Of a stretch of DNA of 64,000 nucleotides, positions 1-9,336 are shown in pieces (the stretch's first letter is position 1; each line of letters opens with the position of its first letter). The stretch is taken from the NCBI GenBank assembly GCA_022792395.1, contig JAAWAX010000014.1, positions 81-64,080 on the forward strand, read 5' to 3'. The stretch comes from Clostridia bacterium. GTDB lineage: Bacteria > Bacillota > Clostridia > TANB77 > CAG-508. The notes below the pieces were generated by a model. It worked only from the letters and a program-made list of their open reading frames with translations. It ran no database searches and had not been told where the DNA came from. A program made the translations under genes and the position numbers.

Positions 1-124
1 TAGAATATAACTACATTATTTTTTGAAAACAAAAAGGTGGAAGTTAATAAAGTTTTCACCTGTGGACTTTAAAAACTTCCAACCACAATGAAAATTTAAT
101 AAAACGCAGTAATCATCTGTATTA

Positions 125-162
125 CAGAGTATTTCTAAATGAAAGAAATATTCTGTTTTTTT
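125..162 (+). terminator. Rho-independent terminator of a gene ending left of the window
   Basis: 12-bp stem cagagtatttct/agaaatattctg (one G-T pair), 7-nt loop, then T7. Confidence 0.6.
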
Positions 163-369
163 ATGTTTATACGATAAATATGACATACCTATTCGATATT
201 TGGGACAGGGGTATGTCCCCAATAGGACAGTATAATAAGATAGATAGATTATTAAATATATTTTTAAAATTGACAAAATTTCTTTGAAAAAGAATAAGTG
301 ATTTTATTATTAGGTTGAGAAAAAAATAAATATGTGATATAAAATATTATAGGATAAAAAGGAGAAAGA

Positions 370-3300
370 ATGAATAGAGAAGAAGAACTAAAAATTATTA
401 TTGCTGAATTAGTAAAATTAAAAAATATAATAGAAACAGAGAATAAACTTAATCTAATAGATAAGAATATTTTTTTAGAAGATGTAATATGTCAAATAAT
501 AAATATAATATATGAATATTCTTTGGAAAATACTAATCTTAATATTTGCAATTATCCTTGTATTGATTTAATAGATGAAAAGGAAAAAATTGCTTTCCAA
601 GTTACTACTAATGTAACCCATAAGAAAATTCAGGTAACTTTAGATAACTTTTTTAAGAAAAGGTATGACGATTTCATTGAGCATATAAAATTTGTAATTT
701 TTCAGAGTACTACATATCGAGGTGATTTTAAAACAGAGCGAGATTTTATATTTGATATTAAAAATGATATAATTACATTTGATACGTTGTTGGCAGAAAT
801 AAAGTCTTTAGATGATTTTAAATTAAAAAGATTATATGATTATATAAATATTGCACTAGTAAAAAATATTTATACGACTAATTGGATAATTGAAAAATCA
901 AAAAAGTCGTTAAACAATTTAGGAAAAAGATATAATAAAGAATTAAATGTGTTTAATGATGAAGAGGAAAAACTTAAAACATTTTTTTTAGAGGAATATA
1001 ATAATAGAAAAATTACTGAATTATTAGTAGAGTTAATTATTAGTATTGAAAATAATGGAATATATACAGGGATAGATGTAGATAAAATAACGAGTGATTT
1101 TTCTATAGAAAATGTTGAAAAATTAAAAAGTGAACTAAAAACTTATAAAGATAAAGTAATAAATAATAAAGATGATTATTCTGAAAGGATGAAATTTGAA
1201 GCGGAATATGAAGAAAAAATACATAAGATAGATTATCTAATCAATTTATTTAATAAAAAAACATTGATATATATAGGAGAGGCTGGTATTGGTAAAAGTC
1301 ATACATTAGCAAATTTTATATATAAATATTATTTATCTAAAGATGAACCAGCTATATTGATATTAGGACAAGAATTTGTAAATAGTGAAAATATTGAAAT
1401 ACAAATATCTAAAATAATGAATTATAGTGATGACTTAAAGAAAGTTTGTGAATATATAAATAGTATTGCAATATCTAGAAATATTATTATTCCAATTATA
1501 ATAGACGGAATAAACGAAAGTAACGATAAAAGTATATGGAAAAAGGGATTAATTAATTTTATAAAAACAATTACAAGTTTTAGCAATTTAAAGTTGATTT
1601 TGTCTATAAGGGAGTCATATTATGGGATGTGTATATCGGAAGAAATTGAAAGACTTGAAAATTTAGGGAAAAGTAGACATCATGGTTTTGGAAAAAATGG
1701 TTTTGAAGCAGCGGAAGAATTTTTTGAATATTATGATATTATAGTTCCTATTACACAGATTATTAATAGAGAGTTTAGCAATCCATTATTTTTAAGTATA
1801 TATTGTGAAATTGTAAGCAAATATAAAATAGACATTGATGAATTTAAATATGATAATTTTATAAGCATATATGATAAATATTTAGAAAAAGTTAATGAAT
1901 TAATTATAAATAAACATGAAATACAAACTAAAAGAAATATAGTAAGAGATTGCTTAAATTCCATAGCAAGAGATAGTATTGATAACAATAAGTATAATAC
2001 ATATGAAGATGCTTTGAATTCTGTGAGAGAAATAGCAGAGCAATATGATATTAAGAGAACGGATTTATTAAATGAATTAATAAATAATGGTATACTGTAT
2101 CATGAAGGAAAAGAAGAGTCGGAAATATTGATTTTTACATATGAAAGATATGAAAAAATAGCTAAAGCTGAATTCTTAATAGAAAATATAGGAAACTATG
2201 ATGACTTAAAAGATAAAATTAATTCTGGAAATTTGCATAATTATTTTGATGGAAGATCTGACAAATTTGACAATGGTATTCTTGAAGAACTACTAATCTT
2301 GATACCAATGAAATATAAAAAAGATATTTTTGAAATAATAGATTTAAATAAGATTTCATTTGATTATTATTTAAATAATTCGTATATAAATAGTTTAATA
2401 TGGATGAAAAATTATTATAGCGTAGATGTTATTGCTAAAAATTTAAAAAGATTATTTCACCAAGATTTTGATAATAAGATAATTGATATGTTAATTAAAT
2501 GTTCTTATATTTATACTAATCCATGTAATATAACTTTATTGCATAGTTATTTAATAAAGCTAAATATGAATGAATTAGATTATAATTGGACAATTGTTAT
2601 AGAAAATTATTATGACTATTTTTCAAGTGAAACTGTAAATAATATAATTAATTATTGTACTACATATGGAAATGAGTATTTAAACGATGAGACAATATAT
2701 TTAATTGCAATGACATTATCTTGGTTTTTGTCATCTAATAATCGAGGAATAAGAGACAAATCAACAAAGGCATTAGTAAGAATTTTGATTAATAAAAATC
2801 ATATATCTAAAAAGTTAATCGAAAATTTTAAAAATGTAAAAGATTATTATATCTTGGAGAGAATTATAACTGCTATTTATGGTGCAATAATCAGAGAGAA
2901 AGATGATAAAAATATACATGAACTAGCTAACACTATATACAATTTTATTTATAAGAGCGAAAAAACGATAGATAATATTGTAATTAAAATATATGCAAAG
3001 AAATTGTTTGGATTTTTAAAGAGTAAATATAATATAAATTTATATGATACGATACCAAATGAAAAGAAGTCTAATTGGTATGAACATTTACCGACTAATG
3101 AAGAGATTGATGAGAAATATGCTTTTGATATTGATGAATGTTCAAAAGATAAAAGAAAATTTGCAAATTCTAGTATTATTAGGTCTATGATTACTGAATA
3201 TGGAAGAGGAACGTGTTCATATGGAGATTTTGGAAGATATACATTGCAACCTATGTTAAGACCTTTTGAATATAATTTCCAAGATATACAATTGTTAGCA

Positions 3301-4392
3301 AATATTGCAACTCAAAGAGCATTTGAATATGGTTATGATTTTAAGTTGTTTGGAGAATATGACAATAATATAAATAAATATCTAAATAGGCATGAAAATT
3401 ATATAGAAAGAATAGGAAAAAAATATCAATGGATTGCAACGTTTGAAGTTTTATCTAGATTATATGATAACTATATTCCACAATATGAGGTATATAGTAA
3501 TACTAAAATAGAATTGGAAAAGAGAAGGTATTTTGATAAAAAACATAAAGAAACAAAAGAAGAATCAGAAATTGAATATGTGGAATATGATTTGGAAGAA
3601 GAGTATCCACATGTATTATTTTTAGATGCTACAAATTTTATATTAAAACAGAATGAAAGAAAAGAATATCTTATAGAAAAAGACTTTGATTTTAATGAGG
3701 AGCAATATTCTAAAATATTAGTAAAAGAATTCTTTGGAAAAAAATATATCACATTATTCAATTTAAGTTCATCAGAAAATAGAACTATAACTTCAAAACT
3801 AATAAATAGAAAATCTTCTACAATAGTTCAAACCGCATTTATATATAAAGATATAAGTGCTTTAGAGAAAAGTAATATCCATGAATTTTCACAAGGTAGA
3901 TATATAGAACATTTTAATATGGACTTATTTGATATTCCATATTCAAAAAGATATTTAGTAAATAATTCCTACAATCAGGAATATTTTGATATAGATAAAG
4001 GCTATAAAATATGTTATCAAGAATATATTTGGGAGGATTATCAAGACGAATCAATAGATGAAACAATAAAAGTATTACTTCCAGCAAAGTGGATAGTGGA
4101 GGAATTTGATTTGGAGCAAAAATCAGAAGGTCAATGGTACTACGATGAAGATTTAGTTTGCTGTGATAGCGAAATCAAAGATTCGGGAACTGGGCTTTGG
4201 ATTAGATATGATTATTTACTTAAATATTTAAAAAAGAATAATTATAAAATTGGTTGGACAATATATTCTGAAAAATCTTCTAATAAAACATATAAATCAT
4301 GGAGAAGTGATGTTTTTTCTGATGAGGATTTAAATAATTTTGAAACAAAAAACTATGAAAAAGAAGAATGGGAATCTTCTTTTAGAATTTAG
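370..4392 (+). CDS. Large SMEK-domain / P-loop STAND-like NTPase (1340 aa), candidate single-gene defence protein
   Basis: SD aaaggag 6 nt before the ATG. The N-terminal ~150 aa matches the SMEK-domain pattern as I remember it (NYPCIDLIDEKEKIAFQVTTNVTHKKIQVTL). Walker A is GEAGIGKSH and Walker B-like is IIIPIIIDGINES. About 800 aa of helical C-terminal region follow. It sits next to an R-M system. Confidence 0.6.
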   Translation: MNREEELKIIIAELVKLKNIIETENKLNLIDKNIFLEDVICQIINIIYEYSLENTNLNICNYPCIDLIDEKEKIAFQVTTNVTHKKIQVTLDNFFKKRYDDFIEHIKFVIFQSTTYRGDFKTERDFIFDIKNDIITFDTLLAEIKSLDDFKLKRLYDYINIALVKNIYTTNWIIEKSKKSLNNLGKRYNKELNVFNDEEEKLKTFFLEEYNNRKITELLVELIISIENNGIYTGIDVDKITSDFSIENVEKLKSELKTYKDKVINNKDDYSERMKFEAEYEEKIHKIDYLINLFNKKTLIYIGEAGIGKSHTLANFIYKYYLSKDEPAILILGQEFVNSENIEIQISKIMNYSDDLKKVCEYINSIAISRNIIIPIIIDGINESNDKSIWKKGLINFIKTITSFSNLKLILSIRESYYGMCISEEIERLENLGKSRHHGFGKNGFEAAEEFFEYYDIIVPITQIINREFSNPLFLSIYCEIVSKYKIDIDEFKYDNFISIYDKYLEKVNELIINKHEIQTKRNIVRDCLNSIARDSIDNNKYNTYEDALNSVREIAEQYDIKRTDLLNELINNGILYHEGKEESEILIFTYERYEKIAKAEFLIENIGNYDDLKDKINSGNLHNYFDGRSDKFDNGILEELLILIPMKYKKDIFEIIDLNKISFDYYLNNSYINSLIWMKNYYSVDVIAKNLKRLFHQDFDNKIIDMLIKCSYIYTNPCNITLLHSYLIKLNMNELDYNWTIVIENYYDYFSSETVNNIINYCTTYGNEYLNDETIYLIAMTLSWFLSSNNRGIRDKSTKALVRILINKNHISKKLIENFKNVKDYYILERIITAIYGAIIREKDDKNIHELANTIYNFIYKSEKTIDNIVIKIYAKKLFGFLKSKYNINLYDTIPNEKKSNWYEHLPTNEEIDEKYAFDIDECSKDKRKFANSSIIRSMITEYGRGTCSYGDFGRYTLQPMLRPFEYNFQDIQLLANIATQRAFEYGYDFKLFGEYDNNINKYLNRHENYIERIGKKYQWIATFEVLSRLYDNYIPQYEVYSNTKIELEKRRYFDKKHKETKEESEIEYVEYDLEEEYPHVLFLDATNFILKQNERKEYLIEKDFDFNEEQYSKILVKEFFGKKYITLFNLSSSENRTITSKLINRKSSTIVQTAFIYKDISALEKSNIHEFSQGRYIEHFNMDLFDIPYSKRYLVNNSYNQEYFDIDKGYKICYQEYIWEDYQDESIDETIKVLLPAKWIVEEFDLEQKSEGQWYYDEDLVCCDSEIKDSGTGLWIRYDYLLKYLKKNNYKIGWTIYSEKSSNKTYKSWRSDVFSDEDLNNFETKNYEKEEWESSFRI

Positions 4393-4402
4393 AATAAAAA
4401 TA

Positions 4403-4431
4403 TTGACAAATCAAAACAAACGTTTTACAAT
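4403..4431 (+). promoter_or_regulatory. SigmaA-type promoter for the R-M operon
   Basis: TTGACA (4403-4408), 17-nt spacer, TACAAT (4426-4431). Confidence 0.55.
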
Positions 4432-4465
4432 GCTGAGTATAAAATAGAGAAAGGATGATTAAAAT

Positions 4466-5317
4466 TTGAACAACAATATTTTAAAAGCAATTATTAATTT
4501 GGTGCAAACACCTTCATTTGAATTAAAAGAATATTATAGTAATCATAATAGAGCAAATAGTATGGGAGATGCACTTGAAGAATATATAAAAGATATTTTT
4601 GCAGGTACATATGCAATAGCAAATGAACAAGAACGATTAGAAAAAATAAGTGAAGTATTTAGCTATTTAGGTAACAATTCTAATCCACCAGATGCAATGC
4701 TAAAGAAAGGTGATGCAATAGAAGTTAAAAAGATAGAAAATAATAATGCTTCATTAGCTTTGAATTCATCATATCCAAAACATAAATTGTTTGCAGATAG
4801 TCCAATGATAAGTTTACATTGTAGAGATGCAGAGGAATGGGATGAGAAGGATATAATTTATGCAGTTGGTGTAGTAGATAACAATAAATTGATGAATTTA
4901 AGTCTTGTTTATGGATTAGATTATTGTGCGAGTGAAGAAACATATACTAAAATAAAAGCAAAAATTAAAGATGGAGTTGAAGCAATACCAGGAGTAGAGT
5001 TTTCAGAAACTAGAGAACTAGGTAGAGTTAATAAAGTAGATCCATTAGGAATTACATATTTAAGAGTTCGTGGAATGTGGGGAATAGAAAATCCATGGAC
5101 AGTGTTTAAATATATATATGAAAAGGATTTAAGTAAAGAGTTTAATTTTTTTGCAATAATAAATGAAGAAAAATATGCAGATTTTAGTAAAGAAGATAGA
5201 AAAGAATTTGAGGATTTTGTTAATAAAAGTGATTTAAATATAACAAAAGTAAAAATAAAAAATCCAGATAATCCAGCTATATTAAATGTAGCATATTTAA
5301 TAACGTACAGCAAATAA
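4466..5317 (+). CDS. Type II restriction endonuclease, PD-(D/E)xK (NgoPII/HaeIII-type partner of the adjacent methylase)
   Basis: TTG start. Motif [15 protein letters not shown] fits PD...ExK. It ends 10 nt upstream of a GGCC-type m5C methylase gene in the same orientation. Confidence 0.55.
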   Translation: MNNNILKAIINLVQTPSFELKEYYSNHNRANSMGDALEEYIKDIFAGTYAIANEQERLEKISEVFSYLGNNSNPPDAMLKKGDAIEVKKIENNNASLALNSSYPKHKLFADSPMISLHCRDAEEWDEKDIIYAVGVVDNNKLMNLSLVYGLDYCASEETYTKIKAKIKDGVEAIPGVEFSETRELGRVNKVDPLGITYLRVRGMWGIENPWTVFKYIYEKDLSKEFNFFAIINEEKYADFSKEDRKEFEDFVNKSDLNITKVKIKNPDNPAILNVAYLITYSK

Positions 5318-5327
5318 GGAGGAATTT

Positions 5328-6305
5328 ATGAAAGTTATTAGTCTTTTTTCAGGGGCTGGGGGATTAGATTTAGGATTTGAAAAAGCTGGTTTTGAAATAG
5401 AATGGGCAAATGAATTTGATAAATCAATATGGGAAACTTATGAAAAAAACCATAGCAATTATTTAGATAAAAGAGATATAAGAAAAATACCATTAAATGA
5501 GATTCCTGAATGTGATGGAATAATTGGAGGACCACCATGTCAAAGTTGGAGTGAAGCTGGAGCATGCAAAGGTATTAATGATGATAGAGGAAAATTATTT
5601 TATGAATTTATAAAAATTTTAAATGACAAAAAACCAAAATTTTTTGTTGCAGAAAATGTATCAGGAATGCTTGCAGAAAAACATAAGGATGCAGTACAAA
5701 ATTTTATAAAAATGTTTAAAGAAACAGGTTATGATGTTAATTTATATTTGGTAAATGCTGCTGATTATGGAGTGCCACAAGACAGAAAAAGGGTATTTTA
5801 CATAGGATTTAGAGAAGACTTAAATATAAAATTTGAATTTCCAAAACCATTAGGTAAGAAAGTAAATTTAAAAGAAGCTATTGGAGATTTACAAGATACA
5901 GCTATTCCTGCATTAGAAAAAAATAAAACAAATGGAGTTTATTGTAAATTTCCCAATAATGAGTATATGACAGGGGGATTTTCTACTATATATATGTCGA
6001 GAAATCGTGTTAGAAGTTGGGATGAACAATCATTTACAATACAAGCTGGAGGAAGACATGCTCCTATACATCCTCAAGCACCCAAAATGACATTTGTAGA
6101 AAAAAATAAAAGAGAATTTGTAAAAGGAAAAGAATATTTATATAGAAGATTAACAGTTAGAGAATGTGCAAGAATTCAAACATTTCCAGATAACTTTCAA
6201 TTCTATTATACAGATGTATCTGATGGATATAAGATGGTAGGCAATGCAGTACCTGTTAGATTAGCTAATGTAGTTGCTAATGCAATAAAAAATAGTTTAG
6301 ATTAA
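5328..6305 (+). CDS. DNA cytosine-5 methyltransferase, M.HaeIII-like (probable GGCC specificity)
   Basis: All m5C motifs are present: [53 protein letters not shown]. It is collinear with M.HaeIII as I remember it, including the variable target-recognition region ([24 protein letters not shown]). Confidence 0.9.
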   Translation: MKVISLFSGAGGLDLGFEKAGFEIEWANEFDKSIWETYEKNHSNYLDKRDIRKIPLNEIPECDGIIGGPPCQSWSEAGACKGINDDRGKLFYEFIKILNDKKPKFFVAENVSGMLAEKHKDAVQNFIKMFKETGYDVNLYLVNAADYGVPQDRKRVFYIGFREDLNIKFEFPKPLGKKVNLKEAIGDLQDTAIPALEKNKTNGVYCKFPNNEYMTGGFSTIYMSRNRVRSWDEQSFTIQAGGRHAPIHPQAPKMTFVEKNKREFVKGKEYLYRRLTVRECARIQTFPDNFQFYYTDVSDGYKMVGNAVPVRLANVVANAIKNSLD

Positions 6306-6325
6306 TTTCAAAAAAAATTCGTGAA

Positions 6326-6352
6326 CTGTGAATTAAATTTCACAGTTTTTTT
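6326..6352 (+). terminator. Rho-independent terminator after the R-M operon
   Basis: Stem ctgtgaa/ttcacag, 6-nt loop, T7. Confidence 0.6.
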
Positions 6353-6363
6353 ATAAAAAATTT

Positions 6364-6461
6364 CTCCCAGCGGGCTAAAAAGGTTTTAGGGAAAATTCCC
6401 TAAACAGCAAAAATGGTGTCAAAACACCAAGCTGGCGAATTTTGGGCATTAAAAAATGCTC
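6364..6461 (+). other. GC-enriched structured intergenic segment (possible small RNA or recombination/transfer site)
   Basis: ccagc (6367-71) pairs with gctgg (6431-35), enclosing hairpins ttaggg-aaaatt-ccctaa and ggtg-tcaaaa-cacc. A further hairpin gggcat..atgctc lies at 6444-6461. Confidence 0.25.
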
Positions 6462-6525
6462 TCCAAAAATCATTTATAAAAGTTTTAAAAAGGGCGCTGA
6501 CAAATAGCTAAATATACGTTATACC

Positions 6526-6906
6526 ATGATTGATAACCGATTATTAAATTATTTAGATCGGAGGTGGTATAACATAAGTAAATTTACAGATAGAAGAGAT
6601 TTAGTAGGTTGGCTTTTAGATTATATGAAAAAATACAATATTTCTGATAGATATAAAGAACAAATCTATAATGTAGTTTTTAAATTACCCAAGAAAACTG
6701 ATTTACAAAAAGAAAGATTTATTAGATACTATGGATTACAACCAACTGAATTTAAAAAAGAAACATTATCTGCAATTGCAAGAGAACAACATTGTACACC
6801 AAATGCTGTAAGAAGTTCAGTTATTTCTATAAGAATTGCAATGTTTCGTATTCATGATGAAGATTTTTCAATATTAGAAAAAATTTATGAAGAATATCAT
6901 AAGTAA
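6526..6906 (+). CDS. Small sigma-70 region-4-like HTH regulator (resembles ORF7-type regulators of conjugative transposons); start uncertain
   Basis: C-terminal ..ETLSAIAREQHCTPNAVRSSVISIR.. looks like a sigma r4 HTH. An in-frame CGG at 6559 lies inside an SD-like cGGAGGtgg, so the ATG at 6526 may not be the true start. Confidence 0.4.
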   Translation: MIDNRLLNYLDRRWYNISKFTDRRDLVGWLLDYMKKYNISDRYKEQIYNVVFKLPKKTDLQKERFIRYYGLQPTEFKKETLSAIAREQHCTPNAVRSSVISIRIAMFRIHDEDFSILEKIYEEYHK

Positions 6907-7000
6907 TAAGATAATTTGTTAACAATATTATTAAGTGAAGAAGTGAGAAAATTAGTTGAGATACTAAAGTTCTTACTTCTTTTTTTGTATTTGTCAAGAA

Positions 7001-7308
7001 ATTTCCATTTTATCCGTCATAATTTTAATTTTCAATCGCTGTTAAGGTTAAGAGGAGAAATTTTAAATTGCCCATAACCTTTTTGATTTTTAGTCGCTGT
7101 TAATATTAGAAGAAAAAATTCAAAATTGCCCGTAAGATTTTTAGATTTCAATTGCTGTTTATGTTAGAAAGAAAAATTTAAATTTACCCGTAAGATTTTT
7201 AAAGTTGAATCGCTTTTTAGCTTAGAAAGAAAAAATATTTAAAATTTACCCATAACGTTTTTAATTCTCAATCGCTATTTATGTTAGGAGCATAAAAAAT
7301 CTTAAAAA
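7001..7308. repeat. Five degenerate tandem repeats, period 57-66 bp
   Basis: Units start near 7001, 7067, 7125, 7182 and 7244. The shared core is ATT(T/G)(A/C)CC(C/A)(G/A)TAA..TTTT..(T/A)CAAT(C/T)GCT(G/A/T)TT..GTTAGAA(A)GAAAAA. Confidence 0.8.
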
Positions 7309-7445
7309 TATCGGGACAATTTATATATTTCTCGCCTATGTGTATAGGTAACCAAATTGCACATTGACAAATACACTTAATTTAAGTGTCATAGTATGCC
7401 ATTTTCTTTAATATTCTGTATTAGGTAGAAAGGATTTGAATAAGT

Positions 7446-7592
7446 ATGATTGAGGATAAAAATAGAACAAAAGATAATAAACTAGAGTTTAATACATATT
7501 GTATTTTTACAGAAAAAAAGCAAAATATTGGAGAAACAATAGGATTAGTTTTTAAGGATTATTTAGAAAGTATAAAAGTAAAGAGTAAGTAA
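7446..7592 (+). CDS. 48-aa ORF upstream of the recombinase (possibly TnpW-like)
   Basis: ATG 7446, stop 7590-7592. It sits just upstream of a large serine recombinase, as in clostridial transposons. Weak SD. Confidence 0.3.
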   Translation: MIEDKNRTKDNKLEFNTYCIFTEKKQNIGETIGLVFKDYLESIKVKSK

Positions 7593-7667
7593 TTATTACA
7601 AAACATTTGCAAAATTTTAAAGAGCACGTTATAGTATAAGCATAGATGATTACGGATAGGAGGTTAA

Positions 7668-9336
7668 ATGCTGGATTTAAGAAGTCAAAATTTTAAAGTA
7701 CGGAATGTATATCAGACTATCTAGAGAAGATGGCGACAAGCAAGAAAGCGAAAGTATCGGTAATCAAAGAAAAATTTTGCAAAGATATGTAAAGGAGAAT
7801 AATCTATGTTTAGTTAAAGAATATGTTGATGATGGAATAAGTGGTACAACTTTTGACAGACCTTCATTTAATGAATTATTGCAAGATATAGAAAATAAAA
7901 CTATTGATATGGTCATAACAAAAGATTTATCAAGACTTGGTAGGGATTATATTAAAACTGGATTTTATTTAGAGGATTATTTCCCTAAAAAGAATATAAG
8001 ATATGTTGCGATAACAGATGGAATAGATACATATATAGATAGTACGAATAATGATATAACACCTTTTAAAGCAATAATGAATGATATGTATGCAAAAGAT
8101 ATTTCAAAGAAAATTAGAAGTGTTTTAAAAGAAAAACAACAACAAGGGGAATATATGTGCAGTATTCCAGCTTATGGTTACAAAAGGCATCCTACAACTA
8201 AAAATAAATTAATTGTAGATGAGCAAGTAAAAGATATTGTAGAAAAGATTTTTGATATGTATGTAAATGGTCATGGAAGTGTAGAAATAGTAAAATTCTT
8301 AAACTCAAATAAATACTTATCTCCAACAGGTTATAGAAAAACAGGAATTGTACAAGATGAAAATAAAACAGAATATGACTGGAACGAAGTAACACTATGC
8401 AATATGCTAAAAAATGAAGTATATATCGGAAATACAGTACAAAATAAAAAGTCAATTATATCATACAAAGTCAAGAAAATAAGAACAGTGGAAAAAGAAA
8501 ATCAAATAAGAGTTGATAATACACACGAAGCTATTATTGATAAAGATACATTTGAAAAAGTACAATGTATCATTGAAAAAAGAGGAACAAATACAAAACT
8601 TAAATATGACTATTTATTAAGAGGATTACTTTACTGTTATCATTGCAAAAGAAAACTGCAAATAGTGCTTAAAAAGAACTCTAAAAGAAATGCAAAATCA
8701 CATCCATATATAACTTGTAGCGATGCAAAAGAACGTGGGTGCGATCCGCTAAACATGAATTACGAGAAGTTTGAAAAGCATATTATTTATATTGTAAAAA
8801 AGATATGTCAAATATATGCTGACAAAGAAATTTTTTATTCGATTTATGAAAAATATCAAAACAAAACTCTTGATATTCGAGAAGGATATAAGAAAAAAAT
8901 AGAGCAAATTGATAGAGCTATATTGGATATAAATAATAATTTAGACAAGATGTATATGGATAAGTTAAGAGGGGTTTTACAAGAGGAAGATTATGTAAGA
9001 GTATCGCAAAAATTTAATTTTGAAAGAACAAAATTATGCGAGCAAAAGAAAGAATTAGAACAAAAACTAATTGGAACAGAGGAAAAAATTAATGCTAAAA
9101 ATCACACAAAAGAAGAAAAAAAATTAGATGAATTAATAGAGAATTTTTTGAAATTAGAGCAAATAGATAAAATATATTTATACAGATTAATCAACAAAAT
9201 TGAAATTGATAAAGATAAAAATATTTACATATATTTTAACTTTTCAAAACTAAATTCTATTAATGAAAATCTAGATGAATTTATAAAAATTGAAGAATTA
9301 ATAAATGAAAAAGAAAAAACTCTCAAAGTCGTATAA
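7668..9336 (+). CDS. Large serine recombinase (resolvase domain + recombinase domain + Zn ribbon + coiled coil); needs a +1 shift at the in-frame CGG at 7701
   Basis: GGAGG sits 4 nt before ATG 7668. The reading is 7668-7700, then frame +1 from 7702, giving MLDLRSQNFKV-G-MYIRLSREDGDKQESESIGNQRKIL. The downstream ORF (7705) has no SD, and starting there would truncate the beta-1 strand. Cys cluster CYHCKRKL..CSDAKERGC. Confidence 0.85.

Larger units (their letters stand above)
1..9336. mobile_element. Right-hand part of an integrated element (defence cargo, regulator, terminal large serine recombinase); left end lies outside the window
   Basis: The recombinase gene ends at 9336, directly abutting the truncated minus-strand M14 peptidase gene (9337-9847). 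The cargo at 370-6305 is defence-type. No second junction is visible. Confidence 0.55.

Noticed and set aside
103-121. Shared 11-mer aacgcagtaat at about 107 and about 35087, each next to catctg/cagatg, as possible att or repeat ends
   Set aside because: The match is short and there is no supporting structure such as flanking genes or longer identity. It is compatible with chance.
7001-7308. Possible CRISPR array
   Set aside because: The units are contiguous, degenerate ~60-bp repeats with no unique spacers between conserved short repeats. No cas genes are nearby.
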